Below the pieces are notes generated by a model. That model worked only from the letters and a program-made list of their open reading frames with translations, did no database searches and was not told the DNA's origin. A DNA stretch of 64,000 bases from Bilabrum cf. latius (lineage: Eukaryota). The number at the start of each line of letters is the position of its first letter. Position 1 is the first letter of the stretch. Location of the stretch: assembly GCA_965178125.1 (NCBI GenBank), contig OZ237752.1, forward strand, positions 62,001 to 126,000. The letters are read 5' to 3'. Shown in pieces: positions 51,130-62,700 of this stretch. A program made the translations under genes and the position numbers.

Positions 51130-54100
51130 TCACCCACGCACGGCCCCCCTAGCCCTCGGCCCCGTGTCCAACCTCGCACGAACCCTCGGCCCGCCATTGG
51201 CATCCGGAATCCCCATGGCACCACCATGCACTGCACGTGCACCTGGACCTCCCCGCCGCAGCGCCCCACCTGCGGACGAAGCCCGAGGCCTCGCCATGGG
51301 CCCTCCTCCTCGCCCAACCCTACTGCCCCCACCCGCCTCCGCCATCCCTGTCATCCCGACCCCTTCACTGCCCTGCCCTGCTGCGTCGAGGCCTGACAAC
51401 CACAGGGGAGAGGACGCGGGCACCATCGACATGCGAGCACGTGCCCGGGGCCCGCTGCCTCCAGTGCCCCTGCGGACACTCGCACCCGCCCCCGCCCCTG
51501 CACCGCGATCCCGCCCGGGTGCAGCCACCGTGTGCGAGCGAACCTTCCTCACCGGCGGCTGCACGGGCCCACCGATCATCGCCGCCTCCCCGCTGCCAGA
51601 GTCTGCGTGGTTGGCACTGCTGCTGCTGCTGCTGCTGCTGCCTGCCGCAACGGCTCCCGATGCCTTCTCCTGCTCCTGCTTGCCTTCCTCTTTGGCCACG
51701 TCATCCGCTACCTTGTCCGCCAGTTTGCCCAGCATGCCCATCCTCTTCATCATGAGCAGCTTGACCCACACGGCAGACCGCAGCATCTTGAGTCTTCTTC
51801 GCGCGTGGAAGCGCCTCAGCTGGCTCGCAGCCTCCCTTAGGTGGTTGTCATCCAGCCCCCCCCTGTCCAGCTCGAACCAGGGGTGCCTCAGCGCCTCCTC
51901 CGCTGTGAGTCGCCTGGAGGGCCTCACCACCAGTAGCCTCTTAACCAGGTCCTTGGCCTCCGAGGAGACCCTCGACCACTCCCGCGAGGGAAACGTGTAC
52001 GTCCCCAGGCGGACCTTGGCGAACATTCGCTCCATGGAGTCGTCCTCGAAGGGAAGGTACCCGCACAGCAACACGTACAGGATCACGCCCACCGACCACA
52101 TGTCCACAGGCATGCCGTAGCCGCCTTTGGGTTTACCCTAGTCCCCGCCCGGCGCGCCCGGTAGCCTCGAAGACGATGACGATGCAGCAGCAGTGGAGGC
52201 AGCCCCCTCCAGTATCTCCGGGGCCATGTATCCCGCGCTGCCAACCATGGCCCTGGCTTTCTTGCCCTTGAGCTGGGTAGCAAACCCGAAGTCTGCCACG
52301 CGGATGGCAGCGGCCGGCTCTTTGCCGCTGCTCCCCTCGGTCGGGGCCTCCGCAAGCAGCAAGTTCTCGGGCTTCAGGTCCCTGTGCACGACGCCCAGCC
52401 TGTGGCAGTGCGCCACCGCGTCCAGCAGAGCCATCGCCACCTGCCTAGCCTCCCCCTCGCTGTACCCCTCTCGCTTCACGATCGCGTCGAAGAGCTCACC
52501 GCCCTTGCAGAGCTCCGTCACCAGCACATATTTATCAGGGTCCGTGTCGAAGAAAGCCACCAGGCGCACGATGTGGGGGTGCCTCAGGAACCGCTGCGTC
52601 TGCACTTCTTGCAGCAGCGACGCCCGGTCTTCTGCCTTCATGGCCGCCCGCTGCATCACCTTGGCGGCAAACTGGCGACCCGTCCGGCGGTGCGTGCACC
52701 TGTGCACTACGGAGAACCCGCCCCGGCCGATCTCGGGTCCGAGCACGAACACGGATTCGAACCTGGGAGCCGAAGGTCCTTGTTCTTGGGAGCCGGCGGG
52801 AGGACGATGCACCGGCGCTCTCGCTCTCGAGTCCCTTGTTCCCCTCGCGCCTCTCATGCGAGAGCCACGGTGCTTCCCTCTGTCATCAACGGCAGGTGCA
52901 GAAGAGGCGACCTCCCCCCCGCGCGGTGTGAGGGGGCTGCTGGTGGGCGGCGCGTGTGCCTCCCTGGTGGAGGAGGTGGTGGAGGCCATCTGGGCATGTC
53001 GCCCCCACGGCTGCGCTGGGGGAGATTCGGTCGCACCATCGTGTAGTGCACCCACTCGCATGCGGGGGGCACTGCCTGCCCGCAGCATGCGCCCTACGGA
53101 TGTACTGCCATGCAATGCACCCGCGTCTTCCACCGTGGTCGCCCTGCTCCTCGTCTGCGACGCGGGGGGTAGCCTGAGCCGAGCCCCCCTCGACCCACCC
53201 TCCTATTCTTCCTCCTCATCTTCTGTCCACTCCTCCTCCTCCTCCTCCACCTTCTCGCCGATCCCCTCCAGCCCACCACTACCGCGAGAGGTAGACTAGT
53301 CAGCCGGCATGCGGCTGCCAGAGCCGGACAACAACCCCCTCCCGCGGCCCCATCCCGCGTGAAACGACTGCACGGCTCGCATCCTCGCACTCGTCACACC
53401 ATTTCCCTTGCTCTCCAGGTCCTCCCCCCTGCCCCCGCCCGCCCTGTCCATGGCCCGCCGCACCGACCGCAGTGCGGCCCTCACCTCACCATCGCCCTCC
53501 ACCGCCGGTCGCAGCAGGGCCAGCTCCGAGGCCGCCCGCTCCAGCCGCCGCCTTGCTGCAGTCAGAGCCGCTGGCTCCAGGGAACAGCGGCGCAGCGCCG
53601 CATCCCGCGCGTCCTTCCCCTCCATCGAAGAGCCGGCGGGTCCTCCCGCGAGCTGCCGTGGCCTCTGCCTCTGCCAGCCGCCCCTGGATGAGGGGGAGGG
53701 TGCAGGGGAGGGTGACCCGACGGCGCTGAGGCGCTAGCCCGTGCGGTGGGCGTCGCGACGGAGAGCGCGCTGCAGCTCCTCGCACGCGTCGAGCACCTGC
53801 TCCGGGGAAACCGCCCGCCCCACAGAGTCGGCGCACTGCGCTAGCGTGCGGCCGAGCCTGGCGGCGTCGGCGGCGCGAAGCTCTGCCGACCGCGAGGCGG
53901 TCGGGTGCACCGCATTGCGGCGCCCCGCACCCTGCCCAGGACCAAAACCGCGAACACCCCGCCCCGGCGAGCCCGACGCACTCGTCACACCGTCCATGGC
54001 CATGGGGTTGGTCCGCAGTGGGACCGTGCCGTGGCCGAAGGCCGATAGCCCCAGTCCGCCGCTCCCGCCAACTCCATCAGCAGCGGACGAAGGAGGCGCC

Positions 54101-54595
54101 GCCATTACTTTGTGGTGAGCGTCGGCCACCGCCGTCTCGATCGCACGCACCCACTCGATCGCGATTCGTTCGCCGGCACCCGAGGCGGGAGGTGCATCCG
54201 GTACGACGTGCAGGTCCCGCTGGCCCGGCACAGTCGCAATTATAAATCCAGGCTGGCCTCTAAGCTCCTCTGGACGGGCTCCAGACACCTAATCGAGCGG
54301 CAGCCGGCCGCGGCTCCGTGCTGAAACTGGGTCGTAGGTATAGATCAGCTCAGTTGTGGTGAGCATGAGCCATCGGCGCTACCAAGTCTGCGAATCCGAG
54401 TATATAGTGTATATTCACGCACTTCTTTACGTCACGTGGGGGCTAAATACGGAAACTAGGGCAGCCTGGCAGTCTGCAACACATCCAACCACTGGTGGGC
54501 CTCACTCGCATCCAGCCTCTGCTCTGCTTCTGCATCCAACCCGAGCGCAGCACCTTTCCGATCGGTTTTCCATCCATATATTCTATTCCTTCCAT
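51130..54595 (-). CDS. PH-domain + CAMK-group (CaMKI-like) Ser/Thr kinase, exons 54595-54506 and 54387-51130, ~1115 aa
   Basis: PH: VLRSGWMQKQSRGWMR|TW[Q]RRWLML...EWVRAIE. Kinase: GRGGFSVV, AAK, HRDLKPEN, DFG, YMAPE, DMWSVGVILY, followed by a basic CaM-binding-like helix. Six TAGs (54379,54289,53734,53296,53203,52138); ends TGA. Confidence 0.88.
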
Positions 54596-54878
54596 GCTGC
54601 CTGGTCAACTTGCAGTCGGGTCGCCGTCACGAGAAGTGTCGGTTGCGTTATGAAGCCGAATGTCTGCACTACCGAACGAGTTTAGGAGCGCCTCTGCTTG
54701 ACACGGCTGCTAGCTGGTAATTCCTCGGAACTAACAACAATAGCTCTCTTGTAGACCCAATCGACAGCTTACTACGACTCCGTGAATCCGCAGCGAGCCG
54801 TGAGGCATTTTATTAGGAACGAAACCGATCGGAAGTGCAATATGGTGCTGCAGCTCTCTCATCAGTGTACCAACACCG

Positions 54879-55767
54879 ATGCGCAGAGTAGCTAGGGCAG
54901 GTAGCCCACTTGCTGTTGCCGCTGCCTGCTCGGCAGGGGTTCCGCTCTTGAGATGCATTCACAGCGGCACCACCCAGGATCGAGGTTCTTGGAAATTCAG
55001 GTCGTTGCACCTAGCAGAGTACAATTGCTGGGCAGATGCCAAGCTCATTGATGCAATTAAACATGAAGCAGGTATAGATATTGACCGGGATGCAGGTGAG
55101 TGAGCACAACGCGAGAAATGCCCTCGCTCTAAAGTGCAACTTCAACTGTAGGGGGCTTGCCTGTCATCACATACTCGCAGGGCTGGCATTTGCTAGCATA
55201 CGAGGGACTATCAACCATATTGTGCTAGCGGATCTAGTTTGGCTGCTACGGATGACAGGGTAGCAAAGCATTTCTTTGGATTTGCCAGCCTCACACACAC
55301 TACATTTCGATCTCCGCGAAGACCTGCCGTGCTTGTGGAACGGACCGCGAGAAGGTGAGAGTGTACGATGTATGCAGGAGTTTAACATCTACACGTAACC
55401 TGCTGATGCGCTTGCGTCGGCATGAGACTGCAATCCTGGTGATGAGTGCGGCATGATGAGAGCTTCCCGTCTCGCAGCTTGGACGGACGCTGTCCCCGGA
55501 GGGTTCGAAGGCACGTGCAGCGCACTGCAGCAGAGCAGCCGCTTGTTGCTCGAGCTGTGCGAATCGAGGCCAGACGCCTGGTTCGATGAGCCCTTCCTCT
55601 ACGCCAACTCGCGAGGCGACCAGCTGGAGCACGTGCCCGGGCCAGTGCTCGCCCACGTGTTCAACCACGGCACGCACCACCGGGGACAGGTCACCGCGGT
55701 GCTCACGGCAGAGGGTGCCCCTGCACCCGCTCTGGATTTGCTGTACTTTCAGAAACCGGAGGCGTGA
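54879..55767 (+). CDS. DinB/YfiT-like metal-binding protein with possible mitochondrial presequence; exons 54879-55095, 55181-55354, 55478-55767; ~226 aa
   Basis: YNCWADAKL, GLAFASIRGTINHIVLADLVW, HVFNHGTHHRGQV and LDLLYF motifs. Two phase-1 GT-AG introns; TAG at 55261; ends TGA. Confidence 0.82.
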
Positions 55768-56327
55768 CCGCGCCTGTGTGGCGCTCGGTGTAGTGCCGCG
55801 CATCCGACGGAGTCCCGCGCAGATGTACTGGTCTCCTATTTCGCATATTTGCCTAGCATCTTTCTGCTGCTCGCGTGGGTGCACAGTCGGCGATTGTTTT
55901 CTCCCAGTGCCTGTTCCATCTGTACTCTATGTGCTGCATTAGATCCGGGTGAGGCACTGGATTCGGATCGGATCCTTAGCAGGGGCTGCCGTGCCGCTGG
56001 ATGTTGTGGATGTCTAGATTCGACTTGGTGCCACCGCGAAGGAGAAAGCGCCACGAACTATTTTTTTACTGCAATAGTTATAATCTATCAATACCACAAA
56101 CATGCGCATAAACAAACAAATACAAACATCCGAGCCGCACCACGGACAGACCCAGCTCGCTCCCCTTTCCCTTCCCTGCTCCCAGCCTGCACCACCACAG
56201 CTTGCACCCGCGCAGGACGGGCGTCCCTGGCCAACTACAAAATCAACAGTTCATTTAATCCGCCAGGACGCCCGAATCTCCGCTCGCAAGCTGAGTGATC
56301 CAGCCACCAACCACCGCTGGGCATTCA

Positions 56328-59308
56328 TCACCCCAGCATGCCACCGAGCCCGAACGACGAGCCCAGCATGCCAGCATCAGTCCCATCCCCCGCCGCGCCT
56401 CCCCCGGTTCCCCCCACACCCACACCCACGCCCCCCCCGAACCCCAGGCCCCCGCTCGAGCCCCCCTCAACGCTCCCACCCCCGCTGGACAAGGCCTCAA
56501 GCCCGCTCTCGTGCCCCAGCCCAAACATGCCCCCAGACCCAGACCCAGACCCCCCCTCCCCGGCAGGAGCCAGGGGGGACACAAGGCCAGAGCCCAGCCC
56601 ACCGAACCCTCCGCCCCACTCCGTCCCTGTCCCCGCGCCTGCCACTCCACCGCGCGACATGGGCGCTGCGGGTGCGGTGGACGCAGACGGCATCCCCCCA
56701 GAAACCCCGCCTCCCATGCCGCCGAGCACGGGCGTTGACCGGTGGCTCCCAGTCCCAGCCACACCCGCACTCATGCCGGCCCCCGGATCCGCCCCGACAC
56801 CTGCCGAGCTCCACTGCGAGGCCCCTGAGCTGCTGTGCCCCAGCCCACCGCTGCCCCACCCGCCGTCGTAGCCCTGTCCCTGCCCGGGTCCGTATCCATA
56901 GGACTGGCCCACAGCGCCCGCCATGCCGTGAGCAGAGGGCACGGGCCCGGTGCTAGAACCCATCTGCCCCTGGTGGTGCCCATGCCCCTGCATCTGCCCC
57001 TGGCCTGCCTGCATCTGGGCCCGCATGGCTTCCATCTGGGCCTGCATGCTCTGGATCTGGGCCTACAGAGCCGTGGTCTGCTCCTGCCCATGCCCATGCC
57101 CATGCCCATGCGAGAGACCCCCAGAACCAGCGCCATCGCCAGCCGCACCGTGCCCGTACCCAGTGCCCGCACCGCCCACCATCGGTGATGCCACGGGAGC
57201 ACCACCTCCGGTGAAGTGGCCGCCATAGAATGGAACCGACATTCCCATGCCCATCGGCATCATCGGCATGCCCATCGGCATCCCCATGCCCATGCCAACG
57301 CCGACACCCGCTCCAGGCTGCATGCCCATCATCTGCGAGACCCCTGCGCCCCCGAGCTGGGGAACACCAGCCACAGGCCCTTCCCCGTCCACGCCCGCAT
57401 GCACGCGCGGCAGCGGGGGGTTTCCGACCCTGAAATCGCCGTACGAGGCCACACCAGACACCGGTCCGGCAGCTCCACGACCCCCGCCCGGTGGCACGCG
57501 GCCCAGCGGGCTGCCCGCGATGGTCCCCTGCACGTGACCTCCGGGCCCAGGGCGCTGGATGCGCGGGGGGGGCACCCCCTGGGGACCCCCGCCCCCCTGT
57601 TGGGGACCCAGCTCGCCCCTGGGTTTCCCCGGTTGCATCTTCAACACGTCCAGCGCCGCCTCTGGCTGCGGATCCTCCTGCCCCGTGGCCCTGAGGTACG
57701 CCCCCCTGAGCCTGGCCATGAACTGGCGGTATGACTCGGCTGCCAGCAGGGAGGAGTAGGACTGGGGGAAGGAGGCGGGGTCCTGCGAGACGAGGTACTT
57801 GAGGTGCATCGCCTGCTGACGGTCCTTGCCCCCCGTCGTGGCCTCACTCGTCACACCAGCGCTGGCCAGCTGCAGAAGGCAGGCGGCCGTCCCATCCCAC
57901 GTGCTTGTCTTTGCTCCCTCGTCGTCATTTTTATCAACAACAACATCATCACCGTGGCGGACGCCCCCCTCCCCCTCGCCCTCGCCCTTGCTCTCGCCCA
58001 GACCGGCAGCGCGCTCGTCATGAGCTGCACCGCCGCCGCTGCGGGCGGTGGTGCTGCTGCTGGCTCCTGCCGAGGACGCAGGGGAAGGCCCGGGCCCGGG
58101 CGCGGCCCTCGTGCTCGTGGTCGTGGTCCCTACCACGCTGAGGGCCCCGGCGCCGCGCATTCCGGTCGGTTCCGCTGCACCGGGGATCGTCGAGGCAGGG
58201 GATGGCGCCGCGCCGTGTTCCGCACCCACAGACCGGCCATGCATCTGGCCCCCACGGTACCCTGCGGGGCCGCCGACCCCGGCAGCGCCCCTGCCTCTGC
58301 CTCTGCCACCGCCACCACCGCCACCACCGCCACGCCCCCCCCTGCCGCCCCCCCGGCGCACAGGCACGCCCATCCTGGCGAGCCCGCCCCTGCCTGCGCC
58401 GCGCCCGCGGGAGGTGGTCGTGCTGGACACTTCCACCGGTGATTCCTGCGCGCCACGCGCCGCCGCGTACGGGTCGGGGGCGCCGCGCACATCGGCGGAA
58501 CCTGCAGTTCCATCGGATCGGAACGTGCTGCCGGGCAGGGGCGGTTTCCTGGAGGCGGCAGGGCCCATCCCACCGGAAATTGGGTCCTCTGGCAGCTCGT
58601 CGGGGTTTCCCGAGAACGGCAGGAGCTCGGAATCGCCGTGCGCGAATGTGCAGCGGACGGAGTGCGGGCAGCTGGTGCCACCGCTACGCAACCACCATTT
58701 GCAGATGCGAGTCTTGTACCTGCAGTGGCAAGTTTAAATATACTATTCATACATTGCGGCACATGCATGCAAGCAACCAGCTGCAGCAGCAATGCACGGT
58801 CCACCACTACCAGCGGAGGCAGCAAGGCCGGACGGCGTACATTTCATTCGCTGCCTGTCTCACCTGGGGTTGGTAGCCGGTGAAAATCCTGGAGTGTTCC
58901 CCGCTTTATCTTCTCTTAATTCGTTTGTTCCGTGGGCAAAGAGGCACTCCTAGTACGGACAAGAGCCCTCCAGCCAATACAGGCATACCTGCGCAGCAGG
59001 TCAAGGTCAGCGACAAGGCTAGACAAGCTGTCCACAAATCTTGAATAGAACAGGCCTTAAAGTCGACTTGAGAGGCATACCACCAGCTATGCTAATATCA
59101 ATGAAGAGTTATGCTAATTGGTAGGCCACCAGGCACGAGCGCTGGTGGGGGGTCGCTCAGTTTCGATTGCACACAGCCGTGGCCTACCATCCAAACGACC
59201 CAAGTGGGAAGCACAGTGTTCCAGCAGGGGTGGCAACAATGGACAAATACCGTTTCTTACCTTGGTTTTGTACCGACTTTGTCCCTGCCGTTGTGGTTGG
59301 CCTCTCAT
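56328..59308 (-). CDS. Tandem CCCH zinc-finger RNA-binding protein (TTP/Tis11-like) with long Gly/Met/Gln-rich tail; exons 59308-59261, 58988-58864, 58719-56328; ~854 aa
   Basis: RYKTK|VCLYWLEGSCPY[Q]ECLFAHG and RYKTRICKWW...CPHSVRCTFAHG. TAGs at 58950 and 57063; ends TGA TGA. Confidence 0.85.
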
Positions 59309-59748
59309 GTCAAACTGTCCGTGCTACATAGTTCAAGCCCTCGCGAGCCCCACAGCGCAAACAGAGTAAAGTTGCTAAAACAATCGGCGCACGAAGTCAC
59401 ACAAAGGAGCCCTTTCGGCGTTCTTCGCGTTTGAATGCCTGCACGGGGAGTACCTCGGGCGGATGCATCGGGTCTGATTAATTCATTTTGTGCAGTGCTG
59501 TTTTGGCGTCGCATGGTTGCCCTTGGTCGCACGACCGGACCAACTTGCCTTTCTGCGCGTCTAGGACGACAACTTTCGGATTTTCGCGTGCCTTGGATTC
59601 AGCGTGGACATAAAAATAAAGTGTAACACAAAGACGCTCGTGATAGAGGAAAAATCTGTCGCTGTTCGCTTGCCTGGCGCCGTGACGACAGGTGTGACCC
59701 GATCCGTACCAGGTCGGAGGGCTGGACAGAATTGAGTGAATCTTAAGC

Positions 59749-62700
59749 ATGTCAGACCTGCTGGATGATGTACTACAGAGCGAAATTGATTACTGCGGGA
59801 GCCTGCGGGCTTTGAAGGATGTCTTCCTCAAGCCATGCACGTCGCGGCACAAGATTCGTGACAGGATGTCTGGGAGCGAATCCACTGCGCTTGGTGAATG
59901 CCTGAAGCAAGTACGTAGTATCCTGGAGGCAAACTCAGAGTTTTTGAGGGAGCTCCAAGAGTCATCGGACAGAGGATGGGCTGGAGAGGGCCTGGGCCAC
60001 ATATTCAAGAAGCAGAATGCCATGCTGCTTGCTCACATTCAGTACGCAAAGGCATTCCATAGTCATGCGGAGGCATTTTCTGCGGTACCAGAGAACGCAT
60101 TTAGGGCGCTGGCGTACGAGCCAGGCGCGAAGAAGGCTTGCAGAGGGCTCGGGCCGTTCGACCTGCTGCAGGCACCCGTGGAAAGGCTCCTCGAATACGA
60201 GGCGCAGCTCGGAGCCGTGCTCCAGGGAACACCGTAGGCGCACCCTGGCTTCGAGGCGCTGACAAAGGCGTCCCGCGGAGCGGGGAAGGCGGCCCGACTG
60301 GCTCTGAACGCAGTGGACGCGGGCGTGTCTGCGTCCGTGCAGTCGAGGGTGAAGGGGCTGCGGCTGCCCCCCGCGGGGACCCAGGGGCCGTCCCGGTGGT
60401 TCGTGCGAGAGGGCGACTTCGAGCTGGACCCGACGTGCGCCAAGACGCTCGGCCTCACCAAACCCCCAGCGGCTTCCTCCTCCTCCTCCTCTTCAGCCTC
60501 AGCTGCTGCCAGTGGTGGTGCGGCCTCTCGAGACAAGGACTCGGACTCGGAATCGGAATCGGAATAGGGGGAGCAGGCCGGTGGCCCGGTGTTGCGGTTC
60601 GTGCTCCTGTCGGATTGCGTGCTGCTCGCATGGCCCCTAGAGCCCGGGAGGGGCAAGGGCAAGGGCACGGGCAAGGGGGCACGGGCGGGGAGAGGGGGGG
60701 GGGGAGGGGGGGGCCGACCCCGAGCTGGGCGCGGGGGCCGACGGGGCGGCGGGAGGGGGAACAGCAGAAGGAGAAGAGGAAGGGGAGGGCGCCAAGACCA
60801 GCGGGGGCAGCAGACCCCCTTGGGACATGCAGCTGGCCCTGCTGCTCCCGCTGACCGAAACCACGCAGTTCCACTCCAACGAGCTGGCCAATACCCTGAC
60901 CGTGTCGGACGAGGTCGGTGGCGTGTCGGTGGTGGCGGGGGGTCTCCCAGGTACCGATTCTTCTTCCTGGGCCAAAGACCTGGGCAGACTGCTGGAAGGG
61001 AGGCTTACGTCCAAGGACGTGCGATTCAGGGGCATCGCGCTGCGGCAGCGGCTGATGCAGACGTATGCTGCTGAGGTGCGGCAGCTGCCTCTCCTGGAAG
61101 CAGGCCTCTCTGGTGCGAGGCACGTATCGGGGGCCCTCCCAAAGGGGGGTGCGGGGGGAGACGGGGCCGGCGAGGAGGAGGGTGAGCCTCACGTGATACT
61201 GATGCAGGAGGGCAACTCGGTGGCCAGCACCAGCGGGATTCCCCTCCTGGCCGGGGACTGCTTTGCCTCTCCCGCGCTGGGCTGGAGAGACCAGCATGAC
61301 GCAAGCTCGCCGGAGTCCAGGCTGCAGCGGGCAGCGGCGGCAAGGGCAGCAGTGTCCGGGCAGATGGCCCAGAAGTACGCCGCGGAGGCGGGTGGCGGGC
61401 CGGGTGGGAAGAGGGTGCCCCGGCCCAGCCTGCTGCACATGGGCTCTGCTTCGGGGGAGATGCGGCCCTCCCTGTCACGTGCCTATGAGGCCTCCACGGA
61501 GGAGGACGATGAGCTGCCCACCGGGGTGCTGGACGCGGCCCCATTCGCCAGCAAGGACCAGATTAGGGCCACGTACCGGAGGGTCAGGGCGGGCGTGCAG
61601 TCGTGCGCCGTGCTGCTGGAGAGCTCGCTGGAGCGGCGCGGGACCAGCATGCTGTCGTTCTGGACCCCAAAGTACGCCGTGCTGCGGGTGCACGCGATCG
61701 AGGCCATGCAGGCGGCGGGGACCTTTTCTGTGTTTGCTTCCAGGGAGGTGCGCACGCAGGCGGCCGAGGCGGAGATCGAGGCGGAAAGGAGCTCCAGGGA
61801 ACAAGATGGGCTTGCGACAGGGGCCAAGGATCCCATCGAGGCGGGGAACGCGATGGCTGACTCTGCCGAGAGCATCCATGCCATCGGGGAGGTGGGCTGG
61901 AAGGGGGACCCCTCCAGGCCGGGAGGGGGCAAGGGCGGGACTGACTTCGAGCTGACCACGCGAGGCACGCAGTACCTGTACCGGGCCAGCAGCGTGGAGA
62001 TGGCCAAAGAGTGGGTGCTGACCCTCGCCTGCCTGCAGGAGGTCAAGAGAAGGGCAAGGGCGGAATCATACCAGATCTCTCAAATCGCGCAGACTGCAAA
62101 GAGGAGGGGGGCAGCGCAGGCGCAGGCGCACGGTGTCAGCGGGGGCAGGGGTGGATCATCCCCACCCGGGGCGGGCGGTGCGGTACCTGCACCCGTGGCG
62201 TTCGAGCGGAAACGTCGGCACACATCCACGGCGAAGAACCTTGCGCTGGCCGGACTCACCTCTGCTGCCAAGAAGGCGGCCGAGGCATTCGCCGCGCCCG
62301 GCAGCAGTGCTGCTGCTGGTGCAGGGGGAGACAAGGGCAAGGGCGGCGATGCATCGCAGGCAAAGGGGAAGAGCGGGGGTCTGTCCGCGGGGAAGAAGAA
62401 GAGGGTCTGGAACGCGCTGCGAGACAGGCTGCGGCAGGTCGCGCCGAGGAAGGACAGCGGCAGCGAGGACGTCGAGTCCACCTATTCCAAGGGATCTCTC
62501 GAGTCGTCTGGCACGGGGTTTATGGGCAGGCCTCGCGGGGGCAGCGCGCTGGCCGGCTCTGCCACGACCGCCACCGGCACGGGGGGATCGAGCGGGACGA
62601 GCGGACCCAGCGCCTCTGCTCCTGGCACCAGCAGCACAGGCGGCAAGGGCGGTACATCGGGCCCGCAGTAGGCGGCGGCGGGAGCCACTGCATCCAGCGG

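Noticed and set aside
51164-53299. Long plus-strand ORFs opposite the kinase, and similar antisense ORFs elsewhere
   Set aside because: Expected shadow ORFs in GC-rich coding DNA; no recognisable motifs.
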